From an uncultured Candidatus Saccharibacteria bacterium (GTDB lineage Bacteria > Patescibacteriota > Andersenbacteria > UBA10190): 64,000 nucleotides of DNA. A program made the translations under genes and the position numbers. Below, piece after piece: positions 45,931 through 55,801 of this stretch. The first letter of the stretch is position 1, and each line of letters begins with the position of its first letter. Where the stretch lies: positions 3,882-67,881 of the forward strand of contig CAYHTZ010000005.1 of NCBI GenBank assembly GCA_964359735.1, in the 5' to 3' direction. The notes beneath the pieces were generated by a model that did no database searches, had not been told where the DNA came from, and worked only from the letters and a program-made list of their open reading frames with translations.

Positions 45931-46869
45931 ATGCAAGGTCTTGTAAATGAAATTCGGGAAATGCCGGCTCGCGCTGAAGAATGTTACCGGCAGAATCATA
46001 CTCTTACTTTACCCACTGCAGTTCCCTACCTGGGCATGGGATCCTCATATTTTGCACCTCTGACTCTCTCCTTTTGTGGCAAGAAAATGTTCCCTCAGCT
46101 TGCCTCGGAATACTACTACTACCTTTCCTCTGTGCAAAAACCACTCGGAGTACTCATTTCGCAATCTGGTGAAAGTTCTGAGACCATTTGGAATCTAGAG
46201 AAATTTAAGAGAGTAGTCACGATTGTAAATGAAAAGAATTCTGCATTAGGCCAGGCGCGTAATGCAGAGCAAGTAATTGAAATTTTGGCTGGCCCGGAAC
46301 AATTTTACTCCTCCACCAAAACATATCTCAACACTTTAGTGACATTATACTGCGGGCTCAAACTTGATCCTGGGTCTGCCCTGAAGGTTCTTTCTCGAGA
46401 GTTCCAAAATCTAGAATCTGCTGGCAAGCAGGCTGCAAGCGAAGTCCATCACTATCTAACTCGCCATCAAATTCGGGGAGTATGTATGATCGGTAGCGGA
46501 CCCAACTTGGCAACCGCAAGAGAAGGCGCCCTCATTTTGAGTGAAACTACGAAATGGGCCTGGGGAGGGATGTCAGTGGCAGAGTATGATCATGGCCCAA
46601 AGGAAACAGCCAATCAAACTATTGTTATTACCTTAAATGGCAAGGGAAAGGATCAGAGTCGAATCGAGGCCTTAAAGCAAACTCTTGCGGCAAAGAGCGA
46701 CGCGCTGATGGTGGAGCTTGTTGAAACCGAATTGCCCGAAGAATTAACTCCGTTAACTCTTTTCACACAAGTTTGTTTCTTGATGAATTATCTAGCTGAT
46801 GCTCTCAATGTCAACGGAAGTTTCACAATAGGTGACAAGATCACCAGAGTTCCAGATTCAGCTAAGTAG
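45931..46869 (+). CDS. SIS-domain sugar phosphate isomerase/aminotransferase-like protein (AgaS/GlmS C-terminal-like, no glutaminase domain)
   Basis: Two SIS repeats (LGMGSSYF...; LISQSGESSET...; MIGSGPN...) without the N-terminal Ntn amidotransferase domain. Confidence 0.65.
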   Translation: MQGLVNEIREMPARAEECYRQNHTLTLPTAVPYLGMGSSYFAPLTLSFCGKKMFPQLASEYYYYLSSVQKPLGVLISQSGESSETIWNLEKFKRVVTIVNEKNSALGQARNAEQVIEILAGPEQFYSSTKTYLNTLVTLYCGLKLDPGSALKVLSREFQNLESAGKQAASEVHHYLTRHQIRGVCMIGSGPNLATAREGALILSETTKWAWGGMSVAEYDHGPKETANQTIVITLNGKGKDQSRIEALKQTLAAKSDALMVELVETELPEELTPLTLFTQVCFLMNYLADALNVNGSFTIGDKITRVPDSAK

Positions 46870-46883
46870 TCTTCCTGGCCAGT

Positions 46884-48509
46884 TTAACGGCTAATCAGAG
46901 TCTCAAAGAGAACTTTACCACCTTCTTTACGCAGGCGCACGAGCTTAGCGGTGGAAGTGGGTACGGCATCTGTCTGGTCGAAGATGAAGTTTCCCAGGCC
47001 GGTGAAAATAGGGCGGTTTTTGTAGATGAACATGTCCCCCATCACATGGCTGTGGCTTACAAGCACAGCATCCGCGCCGGCATCAATAAAACTCTGGTAA
47101 AACTCTTTCTCTTCTTTTGAAGTCAAAGTTTGGTACTCTACCCCCGCGTGGATATAGGCAATTCTTAGGAGGTTAGGATCAGCATTCCTAAGGTCTTCAA
47201 TGGCTCTCTCGTACTCTTCTCGCAAGTTTACTGCCGCTTGCTGTGGTACCGGGTTTGTGACACGCGTCAGCGCCACAATGAAGTACTTTGAGTCCTGGTA
47301 TGGCGACGTACTAATTGCTCCCTCTCCGGCTTCTTCGATAAGCGCCTTCGTTTCCGCATACCCTGCCTTTCCCTTATCCAACATGTGGTTGTTTTGCACG
47401 CCCCAATGAGTGGCGAAGTCCCGAATGTCTGACCATAAGTCTTGGGGGTTACAGAATATGAATGGGTTAGGCGCACTCATACAACTTGGCGATAATGGCC
47501 CCTCCAGGTTCACTACGCGTAGCCCCTCCCCCGCCCAGAACTTTTGAATATCGCCCGACAAAACCGGTACTTGCTTCGTCCGAGTTAACGTCACATCCCC
47601 CGCAAGCGCAATATCCTCTGGACCCAGCGCTTCGTTCGCGTAAAAAACTAACGCAAAGTGGCTCGTGGTCTCTGGAACAGTCGTGTCATTCAAAAGACGA
47701 GCCGAGTTCGTGTGGAGAAGTACCGAAGGATTATAGAAGTCTTGCGCCTCTGCCAGCGATGCCAAGAGCCACAGGCACCGGGGACAATCGCTTTGGGCAG
47801 GATTATCCAGGGCTTTCAAGCCGTCCAGATCTTTCGCAAAAATTGTTTGAGCTGTTTCCTCATCTTTTTTATCTGCCTCGCTGATGGTGAGGTAGTGGGA
47901 AAAGTCGCTGCTTATGACGAGGTCCGTCTCGTCATCCAAAGCTTCTGCAAAAAGCTTCAAGATTGCTTCCTCATCGGCACTCTCCCACGGGTGTTTCTGA
48001 GAAAACACGATTGGCACCACGGTCGTTCCCGGCAAATAGTGCGCAATGTATGGGAGTACCGCTCTGATCCCATGCTCCTTTTTAAAAAGGTCGGGCGCGG
48101 CGGTGACGAGCGACGCCGTGCCTAAATTCAGACGCAGTGGCTCGCCCTGTACGTTCCCGAGCAGAGTTTCGAATGTTCCGGAAGTGGTACAAAGAGGCGT
48201 AGGGCAGCCCTCAAAGTGGTCAGGCGAAAGCAGTAAGATCCGCTGCGGGTCATTGGGCACGAGCACCTTAACCCCCGCCGCCATGGCCTCGGTGGACACG
48301 ACGTGGTGTGGTACCACAGCTGCACGTATATGATACGGAGAAGGTTGAGTCGCTTGGTCAGCTGCATAGATGCCCTTCAAGTATTCATGAGGACTCTCGC
48401 CGGCAGGCAGCGAATATACATAGTCGGCCTCTCTTTCTCTCTGGAGCCACACCACCGCTGCGGCAGCTGCCGCTAAGAGGAGCAAGACAGTAACAACAGT
48501 CCGATTCAC
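46884..48509 (-). CDS. fusion protein: N-terminal Memo-like (AmmeMemoRadiSam system protein B) domain + C-terminal CapA/PgsA-type metallophosphatase domain
   Basis: Memo motifs AVVPHHVVS, LLLSPDHF and LVISSDFSHY in the N-terminal half. PGA_cap-like C-terminal half (IALAGDVTL, VVNLEGP, WGVQNNHMLD, YIHAGVEY, LVSHSHVMGD). Confidence 0.55.
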   Translation of the reverse strand: MNRTVVTVLLLLAAAAAAVVWLQREREADYVYSLPAGESPHEYLKGIYAADQATQPSPYHIRAAVVPHHVVSTEAMAAGVKVLVPNDPQRILLLSPDHFEGCPTPLCTTSGTFETLLGNVQGEPLRLNLGTASLVTAAPDLFKKEHGIRAVLPYIAHYLPGTTVVPIVFSQKHPWESADEEAILKLFAEALDDETDLVISSDFSHYLTISEADKKDEETAQTIFAKDLDGLKALDNPAQSDCPRCLWLLASLAEAQDFYNPSVLLHTNSARLLNDTTVPETTSHFALVFYANEALGPEDIALAGDVTLTRTKQVPVLSGDIQKFWAGEGLRVVNLEGPLSPSCMSAPNPFIFCNPQDLWSDIRDFATHWGVQNNHMLDKGKAGYAETKALIEEAGEGAISTSPYQDSKYFIVALTRVTNPVPQQAAVNLREEYERAIEDLRNADPNLLRIAYIHAGVEYQTLTSKEEKEFYQSFIDAGADAVLVSHSHVMGDMFIYKNRPIFTGLGNFIFDQTDAVPTSTAKLVRLRKEGGKVLFETLISR

Positions 48510-48518
48510 GTCAAATTT

Positions 48519-51068
48519 CTACTTTCCTCGGAGGAGCGATGTATACCAGCTGGGCAGCACAGGCCAGCTACCTTTCGGCGTGTACTGGAAGGCATCATAG
48601 TCATCGCCGCCGACGTAGAAGTTTTTCTGCCACTCCTCATCCGTGAGCCTGGATCCACCGAGAAGCTGTGTGAATTCGTAGTGGGAGTACGTGAACCCTG
48701 TCGTAAGCCGCGCTCCATTGGCATCTTTTACCGCCACAAAGATGACGCGCGGCACACCTGTGCCCTCGTAAAGAATGCGCCGCGGGTTAGCGGAGTCCCC
48801 TCCCGTATGAACGTCCGCCACCAGTGCGGCTCGCTTGTCCTTGGCGGGTAACACGACTCCTTCCACAGGGTCAGGCAGCGACTGCTCCATCAGGTTAACC
48901 ATCTCCCATCTGAGTTTTTCCCACTCGCTTTCCCCTTCAATGCTGTATGATACGCACGTTTTGCTGGGGTCCTCAGGGTCAGGGTCGCGGTGCTCCACGA
49001 CTTGCTCCGTAAGTTGCGAGTTACTCAGTTCCTTACCCGTGTAATCGCGCACCAGCTCTAGCAGCGGAATGTAAGCAGTCCGCATTCTGTCTAGGTTATT
49101 GAGTTCCAGCCCCTGCGCTTCGAGCCCCGCGGCCGTCTTGCGGGCTAAGTAGTACAAGCGATCGTACGCGACAGGCTGAGGTTCGATATAGGCTTTCGGG
49201 GGCTCTGGAACTTTACGGGGGTCGCACTCATCCGGCCCGCCCCCGCCGAGTTCAGCGAAGGATTGTTTGGCGTACAGCAGCGTAGCGTGGCGTAGTTCCG
49301 TCCAAAAGCCTGACGCGGTCATGAGCGTCTTGGCGTCCCAAAGAAGCGATTGCATAAACTGCGGCAGCTTGGTGCGGTTCCCCTGGAACCACTCAAATAG
49401 CCCTTGGATGGTCCAAAGCCCCGTCCCGTGCGCCGTACTTTTCCAGTAGTCTTCATCTAAAGTTTCCATTTCCTGTTTGAGTTCAGTTAAAGCTTGGGTG
49501 ATCGCTTGTGAGTTATTGGGCGAGTAGAAATCGAGGGTAGGAATCTGGCTTTCGGCGTACTTCGAGCCTAAAAGAGACATAACCTGCAATGATGACGCCA
49601 TCGGCGGCAACTTTTGCGTGTACCCGGGGCGTGGGGCCTCATCGCCTTGGGTCAGGCGCCCAGTCCAGTAAGAATCAACAATGAACTTCCCGCTAAAGAA
49701 ACGCATCCCTTTTGTGGCTGCCACAGCGTCCTCTGTTTGTACCTCTCCTACGGTGGGGTACGCGGCGGCCAAGTTCTTGATCTTGGGCTCTTTCGCGGAC
49801 ATGAGATACTCTATCGCGGCGCCTCTTTCCCCTCGGCCCACTCTCTGCGCTTCTTGGTAATCGTTCGGAGTTAAATCATCACTCTCCCCTACCAAAAATG
49901 AGATAGTCGCATCCAGGCGGTCATACGCTTGCTTGTCTTCCGGGAAGACCGTGAACAGGTCGCTGATAGCAAAGGCATAATCGGACAGCGCCTCGCTTTT
50001 CACAAAGAATGGCAACTGGTTAAACCACATCATGCCGCGGAAGTACTGCCGGCGCAGGGAGCTGCTCGTGTAATGGCTGCGCGGGGTGAATTGGGTGAAG
50101 TCCACGCTGTATTCTATCCCGGCATCCTGCGCGTACTGGGTGTATTCGTCCTTGAAAACAGCCGGCATATCCGGCCCCTCGGTTGCATAAATTTTCTGCA
50201 AGTCCGCTAAAATGGCCGCCTCGCTGGCACTGCTTAGTTTTAGCTCTTTCACAAATTCGGCTACGTTACTATACGTATCTATCTCCGCATCTTGCTTGGC
50301 ATGTTCGCCTGCCAGCTGGTTTGGGTCAGCGAGCGCTCCGGCTTCATCAAAGTAGTCATCGCTGGTAAGAGGTTGAGCCACCGTGGAGAAAATAGCGTAG
50401 GGGACGGCGAAATAGTCTCGTACCTTTGTCCAAACGATTTTTTTCTCTGCTTCCTGTTCTGCCGCAGCTCGTTTTTCTGCTTCCCAATAAAATTTCTCAC
50501 TCAGCGCTTTGATAGCTGGGTAAAACACTTCGTTCTCCGCTTCTTTCAAAAGTTCGGTTAAGAGAATGGTGTAATGGTTCAAGAATACGTCCGCCGAGAA
50601 GAATATAGCATTCTCCGCTTTGCGTTCTTTGTAGTCCGCAGGGCCGCGGATAGCGTTATAGAGATCCGTAAATTCGCGGTTTTTATCTGCCAGTACTGGT
50701 TGTTTGGGGCGAATGGAGGTGTCGAGAAGATTCTTCACCACAAATTTGTGCTGGGCGAGCAAGCTCCTCTCCTCCGGTGTAAAGGTAAACCCATACGCGC
50801 TTTCAACTGCGGCCAGGTTCCCCACTTCCTCCAGCAGAAAATCTTGGGGAAGATCCGGATGCAAAGATACCTTGAGCTCGTCAAACTCCACTGAGGCAAC
50901 CTGCTTTTCCGCCCGTTCCTTTTGCGAGGGTAAACCGTATTTGGTGAGGCCCAAACGTTCAAACCACCCTTGCCGTGCGCCGACCGCAATGACAACCACT
51001 GCGATCAAGACGAATACTGCCCACCATGCTCCTTGGTTACCTTTACCTGCACCTGGTTCAGCTTCCAT
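48519..51068 (-). CDS. large (849 aa) membrane-anchored extracytoplasmic protein of unknown function
   Basis: Single N-terminal TM then a long, well-composed ORF with no low-complexity segments. No family recognised from the sequence alone. Confidence 0.5.
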   Translation of the reverse strand: MEAEPGAGKGNQGAWWAVFVLIAVVVIAVGARQGWFERLGLTKYGLPSQKERAEKQVASVEFDELKVSLHPDLPQDFLLEEVGNLAAVESAYGFTFTPEERSLLAQHKFVVKNLLDTSIRPKQPVLADKNREFTDLYNAIRGPADYKERKAENAIFFSADVFLNHYTILLTELLKEAENEVFYPAIKALSEKFYWEAEKRAAAEQEAEKKIVWTKVRDYFAVPYAIFSTVAQPLTSDDYFDEAGALADPNQLAGEHAKQDAEIDTYSNVAEFVKELKLSSASEAAILADLQKIYATEGPDMPAVFKDEYTQYAQDAGIEYSVDFTQFTPRSHYTSSSLRRQYFRGMMWFNQLPFFVKSEALSDYAFAISDLFTVFPEDKQAYDRLDATISFLVGESDDLTPNDYQEAQRVGRGERGAAIEYLMSAKEPKIKNLAAAYPTVGEVQTEDAVAATKGMRFFSGKFIVDSYWTGRLTQGDEAPRPGYTQKLPPMASSLQVMSLLGSKYAESQIPTLDFYSPNNSQAITQALTELKQEMETLDEDYWKSTAHGTGLWTIQGLFEWFQGNRTKLPQFMQSLLWDAKTLMTASGFWTELRHATLLYAKQSFAELGGGGPDECDPRKVPEPPKAYIEPQPVAYDRLYYLARKTAAGLEAQGLELNNLDRMRTAYIPLLELVRDYTGKELSNSQLTEQVVEHRDPDPEDPSKTCVSYSIEGESEWEKLRWEMVNLMEQSLPDPVEGVVLPAKDKRAALVADVHTGGDSANPRRILYEGTGVPRVIFVAVKDANGARLTTGFTYSHYEFTQLLGGSRLTDEEWQKNFYVGGDDYDAFQYTPKGSWPVLPSWYTSLLRGK

Positions 51069-51076
51069 TGTTCACA

Positions 51077-52471
51077 CTATACTCCCAGTACCTTTGTAGC
51101 ATCAACCGGGGCCACTGGAGTTGGCCCTTCTGCCACTCCCGCCTTTGGCGGAGTCCCGCTTGAGGCGGCGACTGGGACTTTCATAGCGGCCAGCGCGTCG
51201 CCAACCATGTAGAGCGAACCCGTGACCAGCATCATCTCGCCCTCATGAAGAACCGAGCCGGCTTCTGCCAGCGCCTGCTGTATATTGGGAACAGCCCGTA
51301 CCTTAGCGTGGCGGGTAGCAATAAGCTTCGCTAAATCATCCGCCGGCCAGGCCTGGTAGTTTCCCTCCGTTACAATTATTTCTTCAAAAAGCGGCACAAT
51401 GAGTTCTTGCACTGGCTTTATGTCCTTGTCTTGTTTGAGGCCCAGCACTAGCACCTTTGGCCGTACTGTTATTCCGTGGCAGTTGGGGATGTCGTCGAGG
51501 AATTCCCGCAAGCTGCGGATGCCGCCTTCGTTGTGCGCCCCATCGATCAGAACCAGCGGGTCGTGCGAAAGCACCATCAGTCGTCCTTCCCAATGCGTCT
51601 CTCGAAAAGCTTGCTGAATGCGGGAAAGTTCGACTTCAAATCCCTGTGCGGCTAGTGAGTGTAGAACACTGAGCGCCGTGCAGGCGTTGGTAATTTGGTG
51701 CTTACCCAGAAGCGGCATCGTGAATTCTGCGTTGTATACTCCCCGGGTGCGGAAAGTTTGCTCTTGCAGCGTGGCGCGGCGAACCCTGGCGCGAATGAGA
51801 TCTTGGACGCGATAAAATGGAGCACCGCACTCCCCGGCTACGTTTCCCAGGTAGCGCACAATTTTAGGATCCGTATCCGCGGTAATGGCCACACTCCCCG
51901 GCTTAAATATGCCTGATTTATGCCTGGCAATTTCATGTTTCGTTTTTCCCAAAATGTGAGTGTGGTCGTAGCCAATGTTGGTAATGACAGACACGAAGGG
52001 GCGGATGACATTCGTCGCGTCTAAATCGCCGCCCATGCCGACTTCAATAACAGCAATGTCGACTTTCTGCCGGGCGAAGTAGAGAAAGGCTATCGCTGTT
52101 GTAAATTCAAAAAAGGTCGGTGCGATTTCCCGCTCTTCCGCTACCAGCTGCACCTCTTCAATCAGGGCGGAGAGATCCTCGTCGCTAATGGGTATGCCAT
52201 CCACTCGAATCCGCTCATTGAAGTGGATCAGGTGAGGGCTGTTGTAGAATCCAACTCGGAAACCGCCCGCTTGGAGTGCGTTCGCCGTCAGGATGGCCGT
52301 ACTTCCCTTCCCGTTTGTGCCACTCACGTGCACGCTTTTGAATTTCTCGTGAGGTCTGTCTAACGCTCGCATAAACTCTTCCATAGCTTCTAGCCCCAGG
52401 CGGATGCCAAACCGCTCTAGGCCGTACATGTATTCCAGCTGCCACGAAAGTTTAGACATGGCGGATAGCAT
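51077..52471 (-). CDS. folC: bifunctional folylpolyglutamate synthase / dihydrofolate synthase
   Basis: Mur-ligase P-loop VSGTNGKGST; FolC-type central and C-terminal domains; extra Ala/Pro-rich C-terminal tail. Confidence 0.85.
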   Translation of the reverse strand: MLSAMSKLSWQLEYMYGLERFGIRLGLEAMEEFMRALDRPHEKFKSVHVSGTNGKGSTAILTANALQAGGFRVGFYNSPHLIHFNERIRVDGIPISDEDLSALIEEVQLVAEEREIAPTFFEFTTAIAFLYFARQKVDIAVIEVGMGGDLDATNVIRPFVSVITNIGYDHTHILGKTKHEIARHKSGIFKPGSVAITADTDPKIVRYLGNVAGECGAPFYRVQDLIRARVRRATLQEQTFRTRGVYNAEFTMPLLGKHQITNACTALSVLHSLAAQGFEVELSRIQQAFRETHWEGRLMVLSHDPLVLIDGAHNEGGIRSLREFLDDIPNCHGITVRPKVLVLGLKQDKDIKPVQELIVPLFEEIIVTEGNYQAWPADDLAKLIATRHAKVRAVPNIQQALAEAGSVLHEGEMMLVTGSLYMVGDALAAMKVPVAASSGTPPKAGVAEGPTPVAPVDATKVLGV

Positions 52472-53267
52472 CTGCGACGGCCAGAGCCTGCCGACACTCT
52501 TTCACGTCGTGTACACGGACGATAGCTGCGCCATTCATTGCTGCCACAGTTACGGCCGCCAGCGTTCCCGCGATTCTCTCATGGGCAGCAGCACCTGTGA
52601 GCTGCCCAATGAACGACTTACGCGATGGTCCCACGAGGATAGGGTATCCCAAAGATTCAAATTCGCGAAGCCGCTGCAAAATTTCCAGGTTGTGCTCGAC
52701 AGTCTTGCCAAACCCGATCCCCGGGTCGATCACAATATCAGATATTCCGGCCGTCTGCGCACTCTTCGCCTGTTCCCCTATCCAGGCTTTAATGTCTTCC
52801 ACTGCGTCGTTGTAGTGCGGGTTCTCTTGCATTGTTTTCGGCTCCCCTTGCATATGCATAATCACAACCGGCACTGCGAGCTCTGCCACCGCCTTCACCA
52901 TCTCAGGATTGCGCAACCCGGTGATGTCATTAACCATACCTGCCCCCGCGGCTACCGCGGCTCGGGCTACTTCTGGCTTGCGTGTATCAATGGAAATGGG
53001 AACAGGAATTGCCGAAGAGAGCTGGTCAATGACGGGCAGGACGCGCTTCAATTCTTCCTCTACCGCCACTGCCTCTGACCCAGGGCGCGAGCTTTCCCCG
53101 CCGATATCAATAATATCGGCTCCATCCGCCACCATTTGTTTCGCATGGGAAAGCGCCGCATCGCTCTCGAGAAATTGTCCCCCGTCTGAAAAAGAATCAG
53201 GCGTCACATTGAGCACCCCCATAACCAACGTGCGCTCCGCGGGGAACGTCAGCCTCCCCACCTTCAT
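52452..53267 (-). CDS. folP: dihydropteroate synthase
   Basis: GVLNVTPDSFSDGG and the pterin-binding TIM-barrel pattern. Confidence 0.9.
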   Translation of the reverse strand: MKVGRLTFPAERTLVMGVLNVTPDSFSDGGQFLESDAALSHAKQMVADGADIIDIGGESSRPGSEAVAVEEELKRVLPVIDQLSSAIPVPISIDTRKPEVARAAVAAGAGMVNDITGLRNPEMVKAVAELAVPVVIMHMQGEPKTMQENPHYNDAVEDIKAWIGEQAKSAQTAGISDIVIDPGIGFGKTVEHNLEILQRLREFESLGYPILVGPSRKSFIGQLTGAAAHERIAGTLAAVTVAAMNGAAIVRVHDVKECRQALAVADAIRHV

Positions 53268-54019
53268 GACTGATAGTGTAGATTGTAGACGCCGTCGAGG
53301 AGACCCCAGAGAGACGCCAGAGACTGCTTCAGCGCCCGCCGCGCGGCTTGCTGCTGGCTGGCTGTTTTCGCGTCCTTAGCTAGCAAACGTTTCCAAGTCT
53401 TTTGGTGCTCAATATCCACTTGGCCGTGCACTTCAAAAAATTCCAGCGCCGATTTCTTAGTAACCTTGTAGAATTTCTTAAGTCCCCGCTTTTTCAGTTC
53501 CGCGATGTCAGATATTTGAGCTTCATACGCTAAGACCGCCGCCGCTCCTTGGAGAAAATCAGCCTGGCAAAATTTCTTCATTGTTTGAATAGCCTTACGC
53601 GTTTCGGGAAGCAGCTTGGTACGACTGAGCGCTTGGCGGGAAACGCCGATGCCTTCCGCGAACGCTACCCACATATCTTCATGGGGGTTCTTCTTGTTTT
53701 CTTCTTCGGAGAGATTCTCCAGAATCTCAAGCCGGCGGGCAAGCTCAGGCGTATTTGCATGAATTTGGCTCACCAGGCGCGGGAAGTACGCAACAAAATG
53801 GTAGTATTGCTTAGCGTAATCGCGGAGTGCCGCGCGTGACAGCTTGCCATGATTCCAGAGCTGGTAGAAGGGGTGCTGAGATAAGTGGTGAAGGTCAAGA
53901 TCCTCCTCAAGTAGCTGTATAAACTCCGCGCCACCTTTCTTCATATGGTATGTATCCCACTTAGTATCTGCGAGGACGTGTGCAATTGCAAGCGCCTGGA
54001 GCTTGCCCCATACTGGCAT
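53264..54019 (-). CDS. heme-oxygenase-like TenA/PqqC/CADD family protein; candidate CADD-type self-sacrificing p-aminobenzoate synthase
   Basis: HPFYQLWNHGKLSRAALRDYAKQYYHFVAYFPRLVSQIH...EEENKKNPHEDMW...AVLAYEAQI...VHGQVDIEH resembles chlamydial CADD (CT610) as I recall its sequence. 4-nt overlap with folP. The true start may be the ATG at 53944 (MKKGG). Confidence 0.55.
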   Translation of the reverse strand: MPVWGKLQALAIAHVLADTKWDTYHMKKGGAEFIQLLEEDLDLHHLSQHPFYQLWNHGKLSRAALRDYAKQYYHFVAYFPRLVSQIHANTPELARRLEILENLSEEENKKNPHEDMWVAFAEGIGVSRQALSRTKLLPETRKAIQTMKKFCQADFLQGAAAVLAYEAQISDIAELKKRGLKKFYKVTKKSALEFFEVHGQVDIEHQKTWKRLLAKDAKTASQQQAARRALKQSLASLWGLLDGVYNLHYQS

Positions 54020-54030
54020 CAGAACCCTCT

Positions 54031-55698
54031 ATGCCCCGCCCCGCCGATTTCTCCCCCTTGTTTGCCCCAGACGAGTATTCAACTGAGGAAAGGCAAAGGC
54101 TCGCTCCCTTTTTCACCAACCTTGACCAGTCGGTGTATGCCCCGCTCATTTTTTCGCCTGAAGTAATTGGCGCCTTGTGCTCGCGCACCAGCCGGGCGGC
54201 AGACGATTTGCGCAAAATTTTCTTGAGCGAATATATTACTCCCTTCCTGGAAGACGGCTCCGAGTACGGGAAGGCTTTGCAAGAATTCATTGAGTTTCTG
54301 CATCGCCACCCCATTGAACAAATTTTTTCTAACCCCCGTGCCCGTTCTTTTTATGCTAAGTGGCTGGCTCAGTACGGTGATGATTCCATCGCACAGATGG
54401 CCGGCATGCACATTGTATTTTCTTCCCTGTCTCTTGTTTCCATCGTGTACCTCGAAAGCCAGCGCATCGGCTTAGCCCCCATTGAAAAATCTACCCGCTA
54501 CGTGAATTACTCTGCCAAAGTGAATCGAAAGTATCGGTATTACGTCGACCCCACCTTGAAGGACTATGGACTTGAGAAAGAGTACCGGGCCGCCGCTGAC
54601 AGTTTATTCGATACGTACACCTCTCTCCTTTCCCCGCTGCAGAATTACTACGTGACTCGCTTCCCGAAAGAGAAACCGGGAGTGGTTGAGAAGAAAGCCT
54701 TTGACACTCTGCGCCGCATTTTACCTTCCTCTACCCTTTCTCAAGTGGCCTTCTTCGGCAACGGGCAAGCCTTTGAGTATTTGGTGGCCCGTACGCTGAA
54801 ACACCCTCTCGGCGAGGTACGCTGGGCCGGTGAGCGAGCATATGAAGAACTCTTCAAAATCGCGCCTTCCTTCCTCCGCCGCGTGAAAGACCCTGAAGGG
54901 GCTGAAGTGGCTGGGCAGTATCAAGAGTATTTAGCAGGACGCGGACAACGCATGGTGCCCTTCGTAGCAAAGACAGGCCGGGGACCCGCGGCGAGTCTAG
55001 TGCGATTATTAGAATACGATCGCCTTGGCGAAGAAAAAGTGATTACGGGTATGCTCTACGCTGTGCCGGGTAACCACGCTTCCTGGAAAGATATTTTCGC
55101 TCGCGTGAAAAAGATGAGCAAAAAACAAAAGCAGCAAGTACTGAGCGCCTACCTCACGGGCCGCGATCAGCGCTGGCAGAAAGTGGGCCGCGCTTTTGAG
55201 AATGCGTACGTGCGGTTCGAAATCACCACCAACATCGGCGCCTTTCGGGATCTCCACCGCCACCGCATGCTCACTGAGCAGTACCAGCTCTTCAGCTGCG
55301 AGCATGGCTATGAAGTCCCGCAAGATGTCACTGATGCCGGCTTTGAAGATGAATACCGCGGCGCAGTCGAGCGTATGGAAGATGTGTATGCCAAGATCGC
55401 GCGCAAAGATGCGTATTTGGCCCAATACGCCACGACGCTCGCCCATCGTATGCGTTTTCAGCAATGGAAGAACTTACGCGAGTGTTTCTGGGAGATGGAG
55501 CTGCGCAGTACCCCGGAAGGCCACCCCGATTACCGCAAAATCGAGCAAGAAAAGTTCAAGCTCTTAGAGAAGGTGTACCCCCTCGTCGCTGAGCACATGC
55601 GCGTGAATATGGGCGACTACGATTTCGCCCGGCGTGGACAAGAAGAGAAAATTCAGGCAAAGTTGAAGGAGTTAGAAAAGATGAATACACGTGTCTAA
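54031..55698 (+). CDS. ThyX-like protein (possible long-form flavin-dependent thymidylate synthase), tentative
   Basis: Contains HRHRMLTEQYQ and EKSTRYVNYS segments reminiscent of the ThyX RHR...S-x-R-Y signature, but split and imperfect. Start moved to the ATG at 54031 to avoid a head-on overlap with the CADD-like gene. Confidence 0.3.
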   Translation: MPRPADFSPLFAPDEYSTEERQRLAPFFTNLDQSVYAPLIFSPEVIGALCSRTSRAADDLRKIFLSEYITPFLEDGSEYGKALQEFIEFLHRHPIEQIFSNPRARSFYAKWLAQYGDDSIAQMAGMHIVFSSLSLVSIVYLESQRIGLAPIEKSTRYVNYSAKVNRKYRYYVDPTLKDYGLEKEYRAAADSLFDTYTSLLSPLQNYYVTRFPKEKPGVVEKKAFDTLRRILPSSTLSQVAFFGNGQAFEYLVARTLKHPLGEVRWAGERAYEELFKIAPSFLRRVKDPEGAEVAGQYQEYLAGRGQRMVPFVAKTGRGPAASLVRLLEYDRLGEEKVITGMLYAVPGNHASWKDIFARVKKMSKKQKQQVLSAYLTGRDQRWQKVGRAFENAYVRFEITTNIGAFRDLHRHRMLTEQYQLFSCEHGYEVPQDVTDAGFEDEYRGAVERMEDVYAKIARKDAYLAQYATTLAHRMRFQQWKNLRECFWEMELRSTPEGHPDYRKIEQEKFKLLEKVYPLVAEHMRVNMGDYDFARRGQEEKIQAKLKELEKMNTRV

Positions 55699-55801
55699 TA
55701 CCTCATCCGGCCTATGGCCGGCTTCTCCTTGAGAAGGAGAAGCACCTCTCCTTACGAAGGAGAGGTCGACAGAAGGTCGGGTGAGGTGATAGCCTAGTAG
55801 C

